Below, piece by piece: positions 31,701 through 43,411 of a DNA stretch of 64,000 nucleotides. How positions within the stretch are numbered: the first letter of the stretch is position 1; each line of letters begins with the position of its first letter. The notes under the pieces are model-generated. The model made no database searches. It was not told the DNA's origin and saw only the letters and a list, made by a program, of their open reading frames with translations. This stretch comes from Bilabrum cf. latius (lineage: Eukaryota), in NCBI GenBank assembly GCA_965178125.1, contig OZ237745.1, positions 1,178,001 through 1,242,000 of the forward strand, written 5' to 3'. A program made the position numbers and the translations under genes.

Positions 31701-31995
31701 CAGCGGCGGTGCCCCAACCTGCCGCGTCTGCGTCGCTGGAGCGCGAGGCCTCGTTGATCTCCTCGGCTGCCCCCCTCGCCAGGCGGCTCGCGAGAGCTGC
31801 GGGGGCCTCCCCCTTCCTCTTGCTGAGGTCTACGAATGCGTCTGGGAGTCCAGCAGCGTGGCGAGCTGCTTGCTACCCCAGTTCAATGGACTTCTCGCCC
31901 GACTAGACGGCCGCTCTAACTGCTGATGCCGCAATGTGAGCAAGAGATACCGCCGAATCAACACTCGTGCCTGATACGCCCGGGGAGTGCTTCAT
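13705..31995 (-). CDS. Giant HECT E3 ubiquitin ligase (~6100 aa) with MIB/HERC2, SPRY and UBA domains
   Basis: About 12 listed ORFs in one frame separated only by at least 14 TAGs; ends at TGA 13705. HECT motifs FFVELSGEHADDYGGPYRE, YLRFVWGRSRL and LPKAYTCFNRLDLPNY (Cys codon 14311-14313). MIB/HERC2 VRRGPSWQWGSADGG..KVRW (~24230-24420), SPRY (~19080-19300), UBA MGFSLRWCVDAL..AVEWLL (~18370-18470). The start codon is uncertain. Confidence 0.85.
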
Positions 31996-32920
31996 GGGGC
32001 TCAGCTGCCCCCCCAAGTACTTGCCTGATCTAGACGTTGGGGTGGCTTCGCTGACGGTTGTACTGCCGAACAAATTTACGGACAATGCCTGCGATGCATG
32101 CGATGGCTTGGTTGGTGGCGTGGGTGGAATCGAAATGCACTGGAACACGACCGCGCTACCATAGGTAGATGGCCAGAAAATTGGAGATATTGTGGGACGT
32201 AGCGGTGCAAAGCGCTTGTATGGGTTCGGTACGACCAGCGACGTGTTGGGATCCTCGCAGCAACCATGAGCACAGTGTGATGCAATACTGCTTGATCAGG
32301 CACAGGCACAAGTCGGACCTCACCTTTTTGATGACATTTCGTATATCATGAATGGATATGCCGGGTGTCACACCAGACATTGCAACTCAAGGTCGAATTC
32401 AAGGTTGCCAAGAACAATGATCGGTGTCGCGATCGATCCCTGGCGCAGCAATCAGGATGTACTGCTTCTGGATCAGTAAGGAAGACTAACAAGAATATGC
32501 TAGTCTTACACGCTGGTGCTACGAGACGCGACAAGCCGAGTGCTACGACGCGAGAACGTCAGCTTCGAAAACTGGATTTGATTTTCCGGTATGAGCACGG
32601 TACAAACAGATGACGCCAACTTGCTGAACTGCATTTTTAAGCCCCACCTGGAATCACACGACAAAAACAGCTTGCTAGCTGGATTCTAGGTATTCCTATG
32701 GCATTGTGACCTCTCTGGTGAAGCGCAAGCTGCCATACCACGCCTCTACGAGGCCTCCAGCGAGACGCCGGTAGCCTGGCCTCTGTGCTCAGCTTTTCGA
32801 TGAAAAAGCAGAGAGGAGGTGCGATGCGGCCGCCATTGCCTTGGGGTTGCCAAGTGACTTACATTTGCCTTGCAGCATCCAGCTGCTGCCACTGGACCGG
32901 GCACTCTGTGAGGCATGCGC

Positions 32921-33020
32921 TGCCCCCGGCCCTGCCCCCGGCCCTGGCCCCGGCCCTGGCCCTGCCCCCGGCCCTGGCCCTGGCCCTGGCCCTGGCCCTG
33001 GCAATTCAATTCAATTCAAC
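32921..33020 (+). repeat. Degenerate (GCCCTG/GGCCCC)n hexamer repeat followed by a short (CAATT)n run
   Basis: Visible tandem repeats immediately 3' of the minus-strand stop at 33016. Confidence 0.85.
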
Positions 33021-34578
33021 GGCTGCCCCTGGCCCTGGTGCTCCGCCTCGTGGCCCGGCTGCTCCTGCGTGACACAGGCTCAGGTTCGGCTGAGTCCTGC
33101 CCGCTGCCGCCCACAGCTACGTCCCTGTCCTCACCCTCCTGCCCAGCCGGCCCGGCTGCTGCACCTGTGCCCACTACTGTATCTTGACTGGCATGGGCTG
33201 CTCCAGCGGTACCTTTGCGCTTGCTCTTGCTCTTGCTCCTGCTCTTGCTCTTGCTCTTGCCAGTGTCCATGCTGGTGCTCAGTGCCTCGTGGGTGGGGGA
33301 CTCGGAGGAGCGGGAGGGGGAGGCGGTCACTGGGCTCACGGGTGCACCCGCGCGGGGCTCAACGGCAACGTTGGTCGAGTTGGACCGGGTGCTCGGGCTG
33401 GACGCAGAGTTAGATCTGGATCTGGATCCGGATCTTGATCGGGAGCGGCTAGGCGAGCGGGAGCGGGGAGAGCGGAGCCCCCCGGCAGGCCGGGACAGCT
33501 TCCTGCCAAGCTCGCCCGTGTCTGCCCTCTCGTCCCGCTGCCAGTCGGGCGGTTCCTCGTCCTTGGGAGCTGTCATGACCGCCTACCAGGGAGGAATGGT
33601 CCCGTCATCATCATCATCGTCCTCCTCGGGCTCCTCTCCCACCTATGCTTCGGCGGCGCCCCACGACCCCGCACCGGACAGGTCAGCAGCAGACGAAGAT
33701 GTGGCAGCGTCTGCACCCTGTGATGGCACGGCAAGCTAGGATGCCGGTGCAGAGGAGGAAGTGGCCCAGGCTGACTCTGAATCGTCACTTTGACCATTCG
33801 TCTGCTGCTGTTCCATCTGCTGCTGCTGCTGGTGCAGAAGCTGCTGCTGCTGCTGCTGCTGCTGTGCCTGCCTCCTGGTGAACTCCATTTCTTGCTTGCT
33901 CCACCCAAGCACGGCCAGGATGCGCATCCCCTGGTCCAGCATGTCATCGTCCGCCTCCGCGCTTTCGGTGGTCAGAGCCGTCGTGCTGCTGCTGCTGCTG
34001 CTGCTGCCTGTGGCGGACGAGGGATCGACCTCAGCGGCGGGAGTGCCGACTAGCTTGGTGAACGCCTTCTTCGCCTCCTCTTCTGCTTTCTTGTCCGCCT
34101 CTGACCTGGCCTGGTTCCAGTCCTTGTGCGCCTTGTCCGGAGCAGTGTCTCGCAGCAGCTGCTCCTGCTATCGCTTCTACTCTTTCTTGCGCTCGGCAAA
34201 CGTGCGAGGGCCAGAGACCTATTGAGCGTTGTCGAGTGCTGCCTTGATTTTGTCTATGAAAGGGTTCAGCTGCTCGATTCTGCCGAGCTCTGCGAGCACT
34301 CTGGGGTGTGTGTGCTTTGGGAGCGCCTGAATGGCTGGAGGCAACACAGTCTAGTCCACCTCCGCTGATCTCTACCAACGCCTTGGTTCTCTAGGCTCCG
34401 GTATTGCTCCATCCTAGTCCTTTGGGCCGCGCGATAATGTCCCAATACGACTATTTCCACCGATACGGACCCTCTTCGCCACGTGTCCAGACACTTCGGC
34501 GTCCGCTGAAGGCCGCTGGGTGCCGTGCACGCGTGATAATCCAAAACTTTCTGCTAATTCCGCACCTTGCTGTTCCAT
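33016..34578 (-). CDS. Hypothetical low-complexity protein (poly-Q, RS/SK-rich)
   Basis: ATG 34578 to TGA 33016 with 9 in-frame TAGs and no internal TAA/TGA; TAGs sit in Q-rich context (KKE*KR*QEQLL). Confidence 0.6.
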
Positions 34579-35244
34579 AGTAGACCTACTCCGCTTTGAT
34601 GCTCGTCGTTGCTACCGATCAACGAGGTCGCCGTTCTAGTTACGCAGACCACCTGAGCTATAGCTCGGATTGGTTATACTGCCACCGCTACCTCCTAAAC
34701 TATCTTGAACTTGGCTTCCGTCACTGTGGTGCTGTTTGGCGCCCCTTCGGTCGCGCTTGCCGGCATCCTAGCGTACTGCTACTGCGTGCGTTTTTATTCG
34801 CGGCATCTTGATGTGATACACGGACACAAGAAAAAATGATTAAATAACGAAAATCATTGACACTAGCAACAACTTCGAAAAGCCTTCGCCGCGATTGAAT
34901 GGCTATTTACTACAGAAAAATGCGCGCAGGAAACCGCGAAACCGAACCGCCTTGCGGCCTCGTGGCTTCTGAATAAGTACTCGCAACAGACCAAATAAGA
35001 TTTTTTTATCGTGCCTGCTAGTATTTTGACTGACTTTCGAAGTGAGACTATCGCACAACGGTATGCATGTCCTTGTGATCTGCATAATTATTGGAGCGCT
35101 AGCCAGACAAGGTGCGAGTGCTTTGCATGAATAGCCCGACTCGAGTATTTGTTGCCTCAAGCTTCCGTGTATACCTCTCAGGATTTTGCAGTTGTTTGCC
35201 GAAGAAAAAGTTGCCTCGACTTGATTAGATTAACCGCAAGCACT

Positions 35245-37538
35245 ATGCGTCGGGCAGCACTGATTTCGGCTGTTGTAGCGCTCTTGCTAGCATCACAGAC
35301 AGCCGGCAACTCAGCTCAGCAGGTTGAAAAGCGGACCGCACTTGGTCGTGAGCTGCACGCGACTGGAAATGGTCCAGTGTAGATACATGATGCCTCTGCA
35401 AGGCGCGCTTTCAACAGTAGGCAGATGAAAGGAAGACCAGGCTCCAGTGGACAGCCTGCAGCTCCTGGACCCCACAAGTCCTGTCATTGTTATTTGCAAG
35501 AGAAGGACAACAGGAGATTCGTCTCGTGGATTTACACATACTTTAGCGATTGCGTCTATACCGATCAAGAGATCGCGGCGTTCTTCATTGGGATGAGCAG
35601 CATGGTGTTCTGGTAAGCTTGCGCAGTGAATCCATGCATTGCGAAAACCATAGTAGATTCTACCGCACGAGCTTCACAACCAATGAGATCGATGCATGCG
35701 TGTGCGCAGGTTGGTGTGCCAAGCACCCCAGATGATTAAGAACTGCCAGCGAGGCACAGCCGAGGCCCTGTCCCTGTGCTTCCTGGCCGAGTGGCTGCTC
35801 GGCGACATTGGCAACTTTGCCGGCTGCCTGCTCACCGGTGAGGAGAGAGGGGGGAAAAAAAGTTCACTCAACGATGGGTGCGTGCTGCCCCTGCCCTATT
35901 ACACCCACTGCCCGTCCATGAGCATGGTCTGAGCTGGCTGATGGTAGCTGTCTGCAACGGTCGCCCCGCCCCTTCCTCTCCAAGAGAACCCCTAACCCCG
36001 CAGGCATGGTCCCCACGCAGCTCTACCTGGCGGGCTGGTTCGTGTGCATGGACGTGGCCATCCTGGGCCAGTACGGCTACCTGTGGGCAAAGAACAGCGG
36101 CAAGATTCCCATTGAGGAGGACCAGGGGGAGGACGAGGACCAGGACGAGGAAGAAGACGAATACGGCGAGGAAGGGGGCAGCGACGGGGCCTTCGGGTCA
36201 TCGCAGGGGGCTCTAGAGGGCGGGGAACACAAGGGAGGAGCAAGGGCCAGGGGCTCCAGCGAGCTGGCCCGCGCGGGCGGTCGCACGGGGTACACGCCGC
36301 CGTCCCCCACGGCCCAGGGAACAAGGGCGGGGTCTGACGGATGCGTGGCCACTGGGTCCATGACGACGATGGGCGTGGTGTCTCTGGCTGCGACTGCGTG
36401 CCTCACGGCTCCGGTGGCCATCGCCAGCATTTGGAGGTAGGGGGGCAGCGAGTCCGTGGCGGGGACTGCTGACTCCTCGGAGACCGAGAGCAGGCGGCTT
36501 GCGGGTGGTGGTGGTGGTGGTGGTGGTGGTGGTGCGCCGGGCTTTGAGGCCGGGCTAGGCGCAGGCGTCTTCGGGGACGAGGCTTGGTTCGAGCTGGACG
36601 TGGACGCGGGCCCGTCGGGCTCTCGGTGGCAGCGGCAGCCCCCTTTCTGGTCGGCGGGCCTGGCGGAGCATGTGCTCGCGGACCAGGACAGGTGGGAAGA
36701 GGGGAAGGAGCAGGGCGGCGTGCTGCAGGGTGAGGGTGAGGGTGAGGGTGAGGGAGATGCCCTCGGCCTCGAGCTCGACCTCGCGTGGGAGGCAGAGAGG
36801 AACGGGACAGTGGGCCCTGCTTGGGCGGGGAGGAGGCTGGTGCTGAGCCCGTGCATCCCCAACGGCAACAAGACCAAGAGCAAGGCCCGTGACATCGCCG
36901 GCATCGTGGTGGGCTCCATCAGCTCCTTTTTGTACCTCAACAGCCGCCTCCCCCAGATCTGGAAGAACTGCTCCTCGAGGAGCGTGGAGGGCCTCTCGTG
37001 GATCATGTTCGCGATGGCATTCATGGGCAACCTGACGAGCGTGACGGCGATCTTCCTGCGGATCGGGGGCAAGACGGACTGGATCGCGGAGGCGCCTTTT
37101 TTGCCTGGCATGGCGGGCACTCTGTTCTTCGACATGACCATCATGGTGCAGTACTTTATCTTCTCAGGGGAGGCCACGCAGCGCAGGGACAGGCGCAAGA
37201 GGCTCCGAGAAGAGGCCCGCAGGAGGCACATGCTGCCAGAGGGCAAGGGCGGGGCGAGTGCGCCGGGTGGTGTGGGGCGGGGGGGCTCCTCCTCGGAGGG
37301 AGCTCCTCTCCTGCTGGACGCGCAAGGAGGGGGCGCAGGGGGGCAGCCAGGCAGCATCAACCGTGACGGCAACGACCTTGAGGCGCTGCTGCAGGACACT
37401 CCCGCCATGGTTCCATCGCAGGCTAGGCGCGGGGTCCACGATTTGCTGGAGTCTCCGGAAACTTGGGGCGTGGATGCGCAAGAGCGCGAGAACCGGCTGG
37501 CCCGCGCGGAGATGGCCTTGCGGGGCGACGGCAATTGA
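35245..37538 (+). CDS. PQ-loop repeat membrane protein (PQLC2/LAAT1/YPQ-like cationic amino-acid transporter); exons 35245-35612, 35710-35837, 36004-37538
   Basis: First PQ loop FWLVCQAPQMIKN..ALSLCFLAEWLLGD; second PQ loop YLNSRLPQIWKNCSSRSVEGLS. GT-AG introns 35613-35709 and 35838-36003 restore the frame. TAGs at 35380 and 36438; ends at TGA 37536. Confidence 0.88.
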
Positions 37539-37794
37539 GCAGCATGCGCTCGGCACTTCTTCAAGGTCGGTCGTGCGTCTTGTGAGCGCCACGGTGTTTC
37601 GAGATGTAAGCACGCTGCGCTTCACGGCGAGCATGCCTCGCGGCCCCTGTCAACAGTCAATGCAGGTAGGGGCATTGGCCCCAGGCCGGGCTTGCACCAT
37701 TGGTTGAAGCTTGCACTGCATGAACGTAGCAACACACTATCCAAGCTCATACAAATCGCGCAAAAATACAAGGAACTCAAAAAACGAGCGAGCA

Positions 37795-40700
37795 TCAGGT
37801 GCCCGAGCCCTAGTCGCTGGACATTGACCGGTGATGCAGCCGCGGTGGCAGCTGCATCTGCGCCGAGGTCGCCAAGACGCTGCGGCTGGAATTTGCCCGA
37901 GTATCCGAGCTTGTCCTGCGAACAAACGGCGGCATGGGTCCTTGCGAGGATTGAGACGAGCCCCGCTGCGTGGCCGCCGGGCCGAGCGTCTCTTCGTCAC
38001 CGGCGGAGTCCTGCACTCGCCGCTTGGCAGCTGGTGGCTCGGCCGTCTGCTGGCGATCGCGATCGGTTCCATGCTCATCTTCCCTTGGTCTCTTGCTTCC
38101 CAGCCGGTGGTTCTAACCCTGCTTTTGCTAGAGATCAGGCTCAAGGCTCTCGGTGCTGCATTGCCTCCCCCGGATGGACGACACCAGCACACCAGAGCCC
38201 AAGGTAGGAGCCGCACCCGCACCCGCACCCGCACCCGCACCCCCCGCGCTGGAAGGGGGTCCTGCCTGCTCACCTCCACGCAAACCTCCGTGCAAGCCCC
38301 CTGCACCGCTCCCCGCCGATAGGACCGTCAGATCGTCGTCCCGGGCAGCGGCCCCGCTGCCCAGCAGAACCGCAGACCGCTGGTCCGCACTACCGTCCCC
38401 AGGTCGGTCTCCTTGTCCACCCCCTTGCTTTTCCTAGCCCCCAACCCCAGCCCCAACCCCAGGTCTGGACCTCGTCTGGGATCCGGTGGATCCGGTGCTG
38501 CCGCCCCCCGCTGGCCTTCCGGACCCAGACCCTGACCCCGCGGACAGGGGAGAGCCCTCGGGCCCTCCTGCGCTGTCCATGCCACTGGCACTACCACTGC
38601 CACTGCTATTGTTGTCTGCCTGCCCCTCTGCGATCTTGGCAGCCTCGTCCAGCCGATCGGCCCGTGCCTCTGCCTCCTCCAGCTGAGCGTCTATGCCAGT
38701 GGCTTGCTCTGCGGTGTCACGGCGCACGGAGGCACCCGACATCACGTGAGTGGGGGCACGCCCCGCCTAGGACGAGGAATATGAAGCCGAGGAGGAAGAC
38801 GGGTGCAGTGACGGGCCTGCGGAACCGGCGCGACTCGCTGCACCTGCTCGCCGCGGCATGGCCGGGGGTACAGACCCGGAACTTCTGCTGCCGGAGCTGC
38901 TGCTGGCTTTGCGCGCGATAGCCCCAGACACGCTGGCATACGCCCCCCCTGCGCTGTCACTGTCCATCCGCACAGCCAGCTGCCTCTCGATGCCCGTCTC
39001 GCTGCCCACCTGCACGCCCTCCATGCCTCTGCTGTCCATGTGCCCATGCAGCTGGCCCGTCCCGCCGGCCCCCTGCACCACGGAGGACGGCAGCACGGCA
39101 CTCTGGCGTGAGTCCCGGGAGGACGAGGAGGACCGGTGGCGGACAGCGCCGCCTCCCGTCGTGGACTGGCTCCGACTCCGATCGGCGCGGTCCGGTGTGA
39201 CACCGGAGACGTCCCCGCTCGAGTTGGGCCCCCGTTGTTGAGACATCCCGGCAGCCATGGAGGTGTTTGCTGACCGAGGCTGCGCGCCATCTCCGCTCTC
39301 TCCCGCGTCCCCCACGAGCCCCTGCTCCAGCCGGTACGTGTCGTCCTCGGGCTCGTGGCCCTCTCGCACACCTTGCCCCCTGCCCAAGCCCACGCCCACG
39401 CCGGCCGGCCCCTCGTGCTCCCGACCGGTGGGACGGAGGGCAGACCGGTCTCTCTTGTCCGGCATCACGATCGCAGACACTCCCGAGTCGGCCCGCTGCA
39501 CGAAACCGGGTAGACCGGGGGGCAGATCAGCGGTGGATCGGTCCGTCGAGTCGCCCCCCACGGACATGGCGCCATTCCTGCGCCGCGCCAGGGCGCCCAG
39601 CCCATCCATGCTGTGGTCGCCCCCAGTCCCGCCGAGACTGCTGCCGTCGCTCCCTCCACCGACGCTCCCAGCCGACAGGAGTCCTCTCCTATCATCAACC
39701 CTTGCATTCCCCGCCCCGCTCGCGCTCGCGAGCTGCATCTCAACCAGGTGCCTGCCGCCAGGCGGCACCTCTCCGTGTGCGTCCATGCCGCTGCCCTGCT
39801 CCATCGTTGCGCGGGCACCTGACGGACCAAGGCCGGGGCTGTCGCTAACCATGCTTACCGAAGGAGACCCCCCGCGACCCGGTGTGCGAAGGTCCGTTGA
39901 TCTTCCATCGATGTTCTCAGACGCCGCATCCACGGTGAACGAACTGCTCTTCACCGCCGAATCACCGTGAGGTCCCGTGGTCCCGGGGCCTTGCGCCCCT
40001 GCTCTCGACAGGCGCGACCTGGGGCCCTCCCTGGACACATCGGAGAGACCTCTCCCTCTCTGCTGCCCGCCGCCCGCCCCTCGACTGCTCCTGCCAGAGC
40101 TCTGCACAGAGTCGAACGAGACCTCCCGCTGCCCCTCGATCAGCCTTGGGGGTACCTTGGCGGGCTTCAGCTGCACCATGGGGATGGAACCGACGGGCAG
40201 CTGGTGCGAGGCATCGTCGATAGGAGGGGAGGGCGGTGCCGGCTGGAGCAGCCCCGACTGGCCCGGACTATCCACGCTGCTAGGGGGCCGGCCGGTGAGG
40301 GACAGCTGGCTGCTGCTGCGACCCCGGGCTCCAGCATTGTTGTTCTACTCGGCATGGCTGGCAGCCATGCCTGCACTGTGTCCAGTCATCGTGGAGGAGT
40401 CCACCAGTGCGCCCTGGCTGCTGCCAGCTGGCGGCGGAAGCATCCCCGCGGCACTGCTGCTGCTGCTGCTGCTGCTTTGTCCCTCGCTACCCACCCGGGT
40501 TGGGGGCGGCATCATCATACCTGACAGGCCAGATTCGTTGGATGGCAGGTGCCTCGCTGCGCTGAATTCGTCCGTGGGAGATGGCCCGGGACGGTGTTGC
40601 TGGAGATACGATGCCTGCGCCTGAGCCAGCGGTGGTACGGACAGCCAGCTGGCTCGGGTGTCGCTCCGGCCTGCCACCATGCCGCCCTGATCGTGTCCCA

Positions 40701-43071
40701 GACCACCGACGCTGCTTTGGTAGGCGGATTGCGTCCCACTAAACGAGCGGCGCCATCGCACTTGCTGCCCCCCTACGCCAAGCAAGGTCCCTGCCGCGGG
40801 GGGGTGCGTGCTTCCGTCCCATGCTTGACCCATGGGGTCAATCGCTGGGTGATGCAGCGAGAAGGAGCCCGAGCTGCCCGTGAGAGACGACTCGCTGGTT
40901 GGCACACTGTGGGCCATGCCGTGCAGCGCTGGCGTTGTCGCGCCCTTGTACATGTCTGGAGTCAGCCCGGCGATCTATGAGCCGCCACTGCCGCTGCTCA
41001 TGCGACCGCGAGGCTGAGCTACCTGGACCGCAGGCACCACTTGTTCTTGCAACCTCCTCCATTCGTCATCTCCGCCTTCCGTGCTCATGTTGGACAGGGC
41101 TTCGGCGGCGAACTGCGTGTTCGGAGTACTCCCACCGCTCCCCGGGCCCTGGTCGTAGTCGTACTCGTGCTCGTGGTCGTGGTCGTGGTCGTGATGCTCC
41201 CCAGCGCCCATGGCAGCGCTCGCAGCAGCGGCCCCGAATCCGATCTGGGCCTGGCTTCCGTTGCTTGCTGTCTTCGTCGGGTTCCCGCCTTTGCCACCGC
41301 TGTGCTCCGTCCCTTCAGTGCTCGGCACCGGCACCCCGCCGCTCCCAAACACCTTGCTGGAGGCCATCTAGTGAGGCGCCATGGTCACGTAGGTGCGCAG
41401 CCTATGCTGGCTCATCAACTGCTGCTGCTGCTACTAGTAGAGCCCCCCGGCGGGGAGAGAGCCAGGTTCCTCTCCAAACCCCGGGCCATGTCCCCCAATT
41501 GGGGTCACCTGGGGCATGCCCACCCCCACCACGTCTCTCTCCAGCCCGCTGGGGTCACGCACGTGGATACTGCCCCCGAACGCGCCGCCGAGGGACCGCA
41601 CGAGTCCAAGGTCGGGCTGCGCGCCCGGCATCAAAAGCCCGTGGTGCTGAGGATGCCCCAGGCTCTGGCCCTGGCTGTGTCCCTGGCTGGGAGCAAGCAT
41701 CTCGGGTACGCCGAGCCCGGGCCCACCGTACTAGGGCATGTGGCTGGGCAGCCCGGCGCTGTGATACATGGGGCACGACATCGAAAGCAATGCTGCATGG
41801 CCCGAGGAGGGCAGGGCGAGGGTTGAGTAGGTGGATGCTGCCCTCTGGCTGCTGCCTTTCCCTTTCCCCTTTCCCTTCCCTTTGCCTTTGCCTTTACCCT
41901 TGCCTCGACCAGCGCTGCGGCCAGCAGCGTGTCCAGTGCTGCTGGATGGCGGCAGCGGCAGTAGCAGTGACGGTGCTGCCCCTGCCCCTGCTGCCCCTGC
42001 TACGGAGCCCCCGATGAGCGGGGGCGCGGGACACGGCGCAGCAGGGGCGCCGGGCTTCTAGCGCATGTCCATGAGGATGTGCCTCGGGATGGTGTCTCCG
42101 GAGGGGTCCTCCAGGAAGCAGAGCACCAGTAGAGCGAGGGTGTTGTTGTCGAAGTTGAGCACGCGGCGGGCCGTGAGACCTACAGACCGCCGCACGATGT
42201 CGACCACAGCCGCCACGCGGACGGCGCTCACAGTCAGCTCCTCGTCTACCACTGGGCCAGAGCCTGCAGAGGAGCGGTACCGCCCTGACGAAGAAGAGGA
42301 GGAGGAGGACGAGGACGAGAGGCTCCGCGCCTGGTGTTTGCCCGGCTGCAGCCTGTACACAAGCTTTGGGCACATCTCGGACGGCAGCTGCAGCCCAAGC
42401 GCCTCTGCTGCTCGCCTTGCCGATCCCAAGTTGCCGCGACCGCCGCCCCTTGCCTTGCCAGGCTTCTTTTTCTTGCTGTCTGCTGCTTCGGTGGGTACAG
42501 TCCCGTCTCCAACGACCGGGGCGACGTGTGCAAGCTATTTCTGAAACAGCAAGTCCTCCGCCTAAAACGCCTTCTTCTGCCCGTTCCACACGACTCCATG
42601 CAAGTAGGCGCTGGCCAAGCCTTCGTTGCCAGTCGATCGAGGCGCCTAGAAGTGCCCGTGGGGGGGCTTAACGTCTGCTGTTTGCCTTCCCTCGCCAAGA
42701 GCTAGCAAAAGCAACTGCTGGCAAGCATCCAGTGTTTCACCGAATCCTGCCTGTCTGAGCGTGCCAACCGACGGGTCTTGCGGAGAAAATGCACCCCAAG
42801 GAGAAAATGCACCCTCTAGCACACGCACTAGCTTTTCAGATGTCGATAAGTTAGCACACTATTGGATAAAGGCTGCTGCGAACGAAGGCAAGAAGCTGCG
42901 AACGTTAATGAATCCGTCGACGGAGCATGCCTCGTTAGACGCGTCCAGTCGCCTCCAGCATCGAATGGCTTCGAAGAACATAGGCGTTTCGGTGAAGCCG
43001 CTGGTGTCCACGTCGCCGAGTTTTCCCCCGCTGCCGGCAATTTTCCCCAACACGTCGCCAGGAGATGCCAT
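37795..43071 (-). CDS. Large low-complexity protein (~1760 aa) with a split AP2-like DNA-binding domain
   Basis: One frame from ATG 43071 to TGA 37795 with about 16 in-frame TAGs. YLHGVVWNGQKKAF(TAG)A ... VAAVVDIVRRSVGLTARRVLNFDN resembles AP2 strands plus helix and the LNF motif. Confidence 0.6.
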
Positions 43072-43411
43072 GGCTGTTTCTTGGCTGCGGGCGAGCACTT
43101 GTGCAACTCAATATGAAGACAATTTCACAAAACCAAAATGTTCTAATGAAGGGGAAACTGGTAGCAGCGAGACGGGTGGCACCGGGGTAGATAGCCAGCG
43201 GTTAGCAGACTCAGGCCGCACGGCCGTGATCGGCTTGGTTCCGCACGGAAACTTGAATCGGCGCCACGCATTCTAGCCTGGTCGAGTGTGCTCGAAAGAG
43301 CTGTAAACTGGCCACATTGCTATCAAATGCACCAGACCCCCGACGCAATGGCGCCAAACTGGCCCCGCCAACCCCGCCAACCCCGCCGCCCCGCCCTCAC
43401 ACACTCTACGC

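Noticed and set aside
32473-33015. In-frame continuation (QG repeats) after TGA 33016, suggesting TGA readthrough
   Set aside because: It is explained by a stop-free hexamer repeat. There is no homology support, and TGA behaves as a stop elsewhere.
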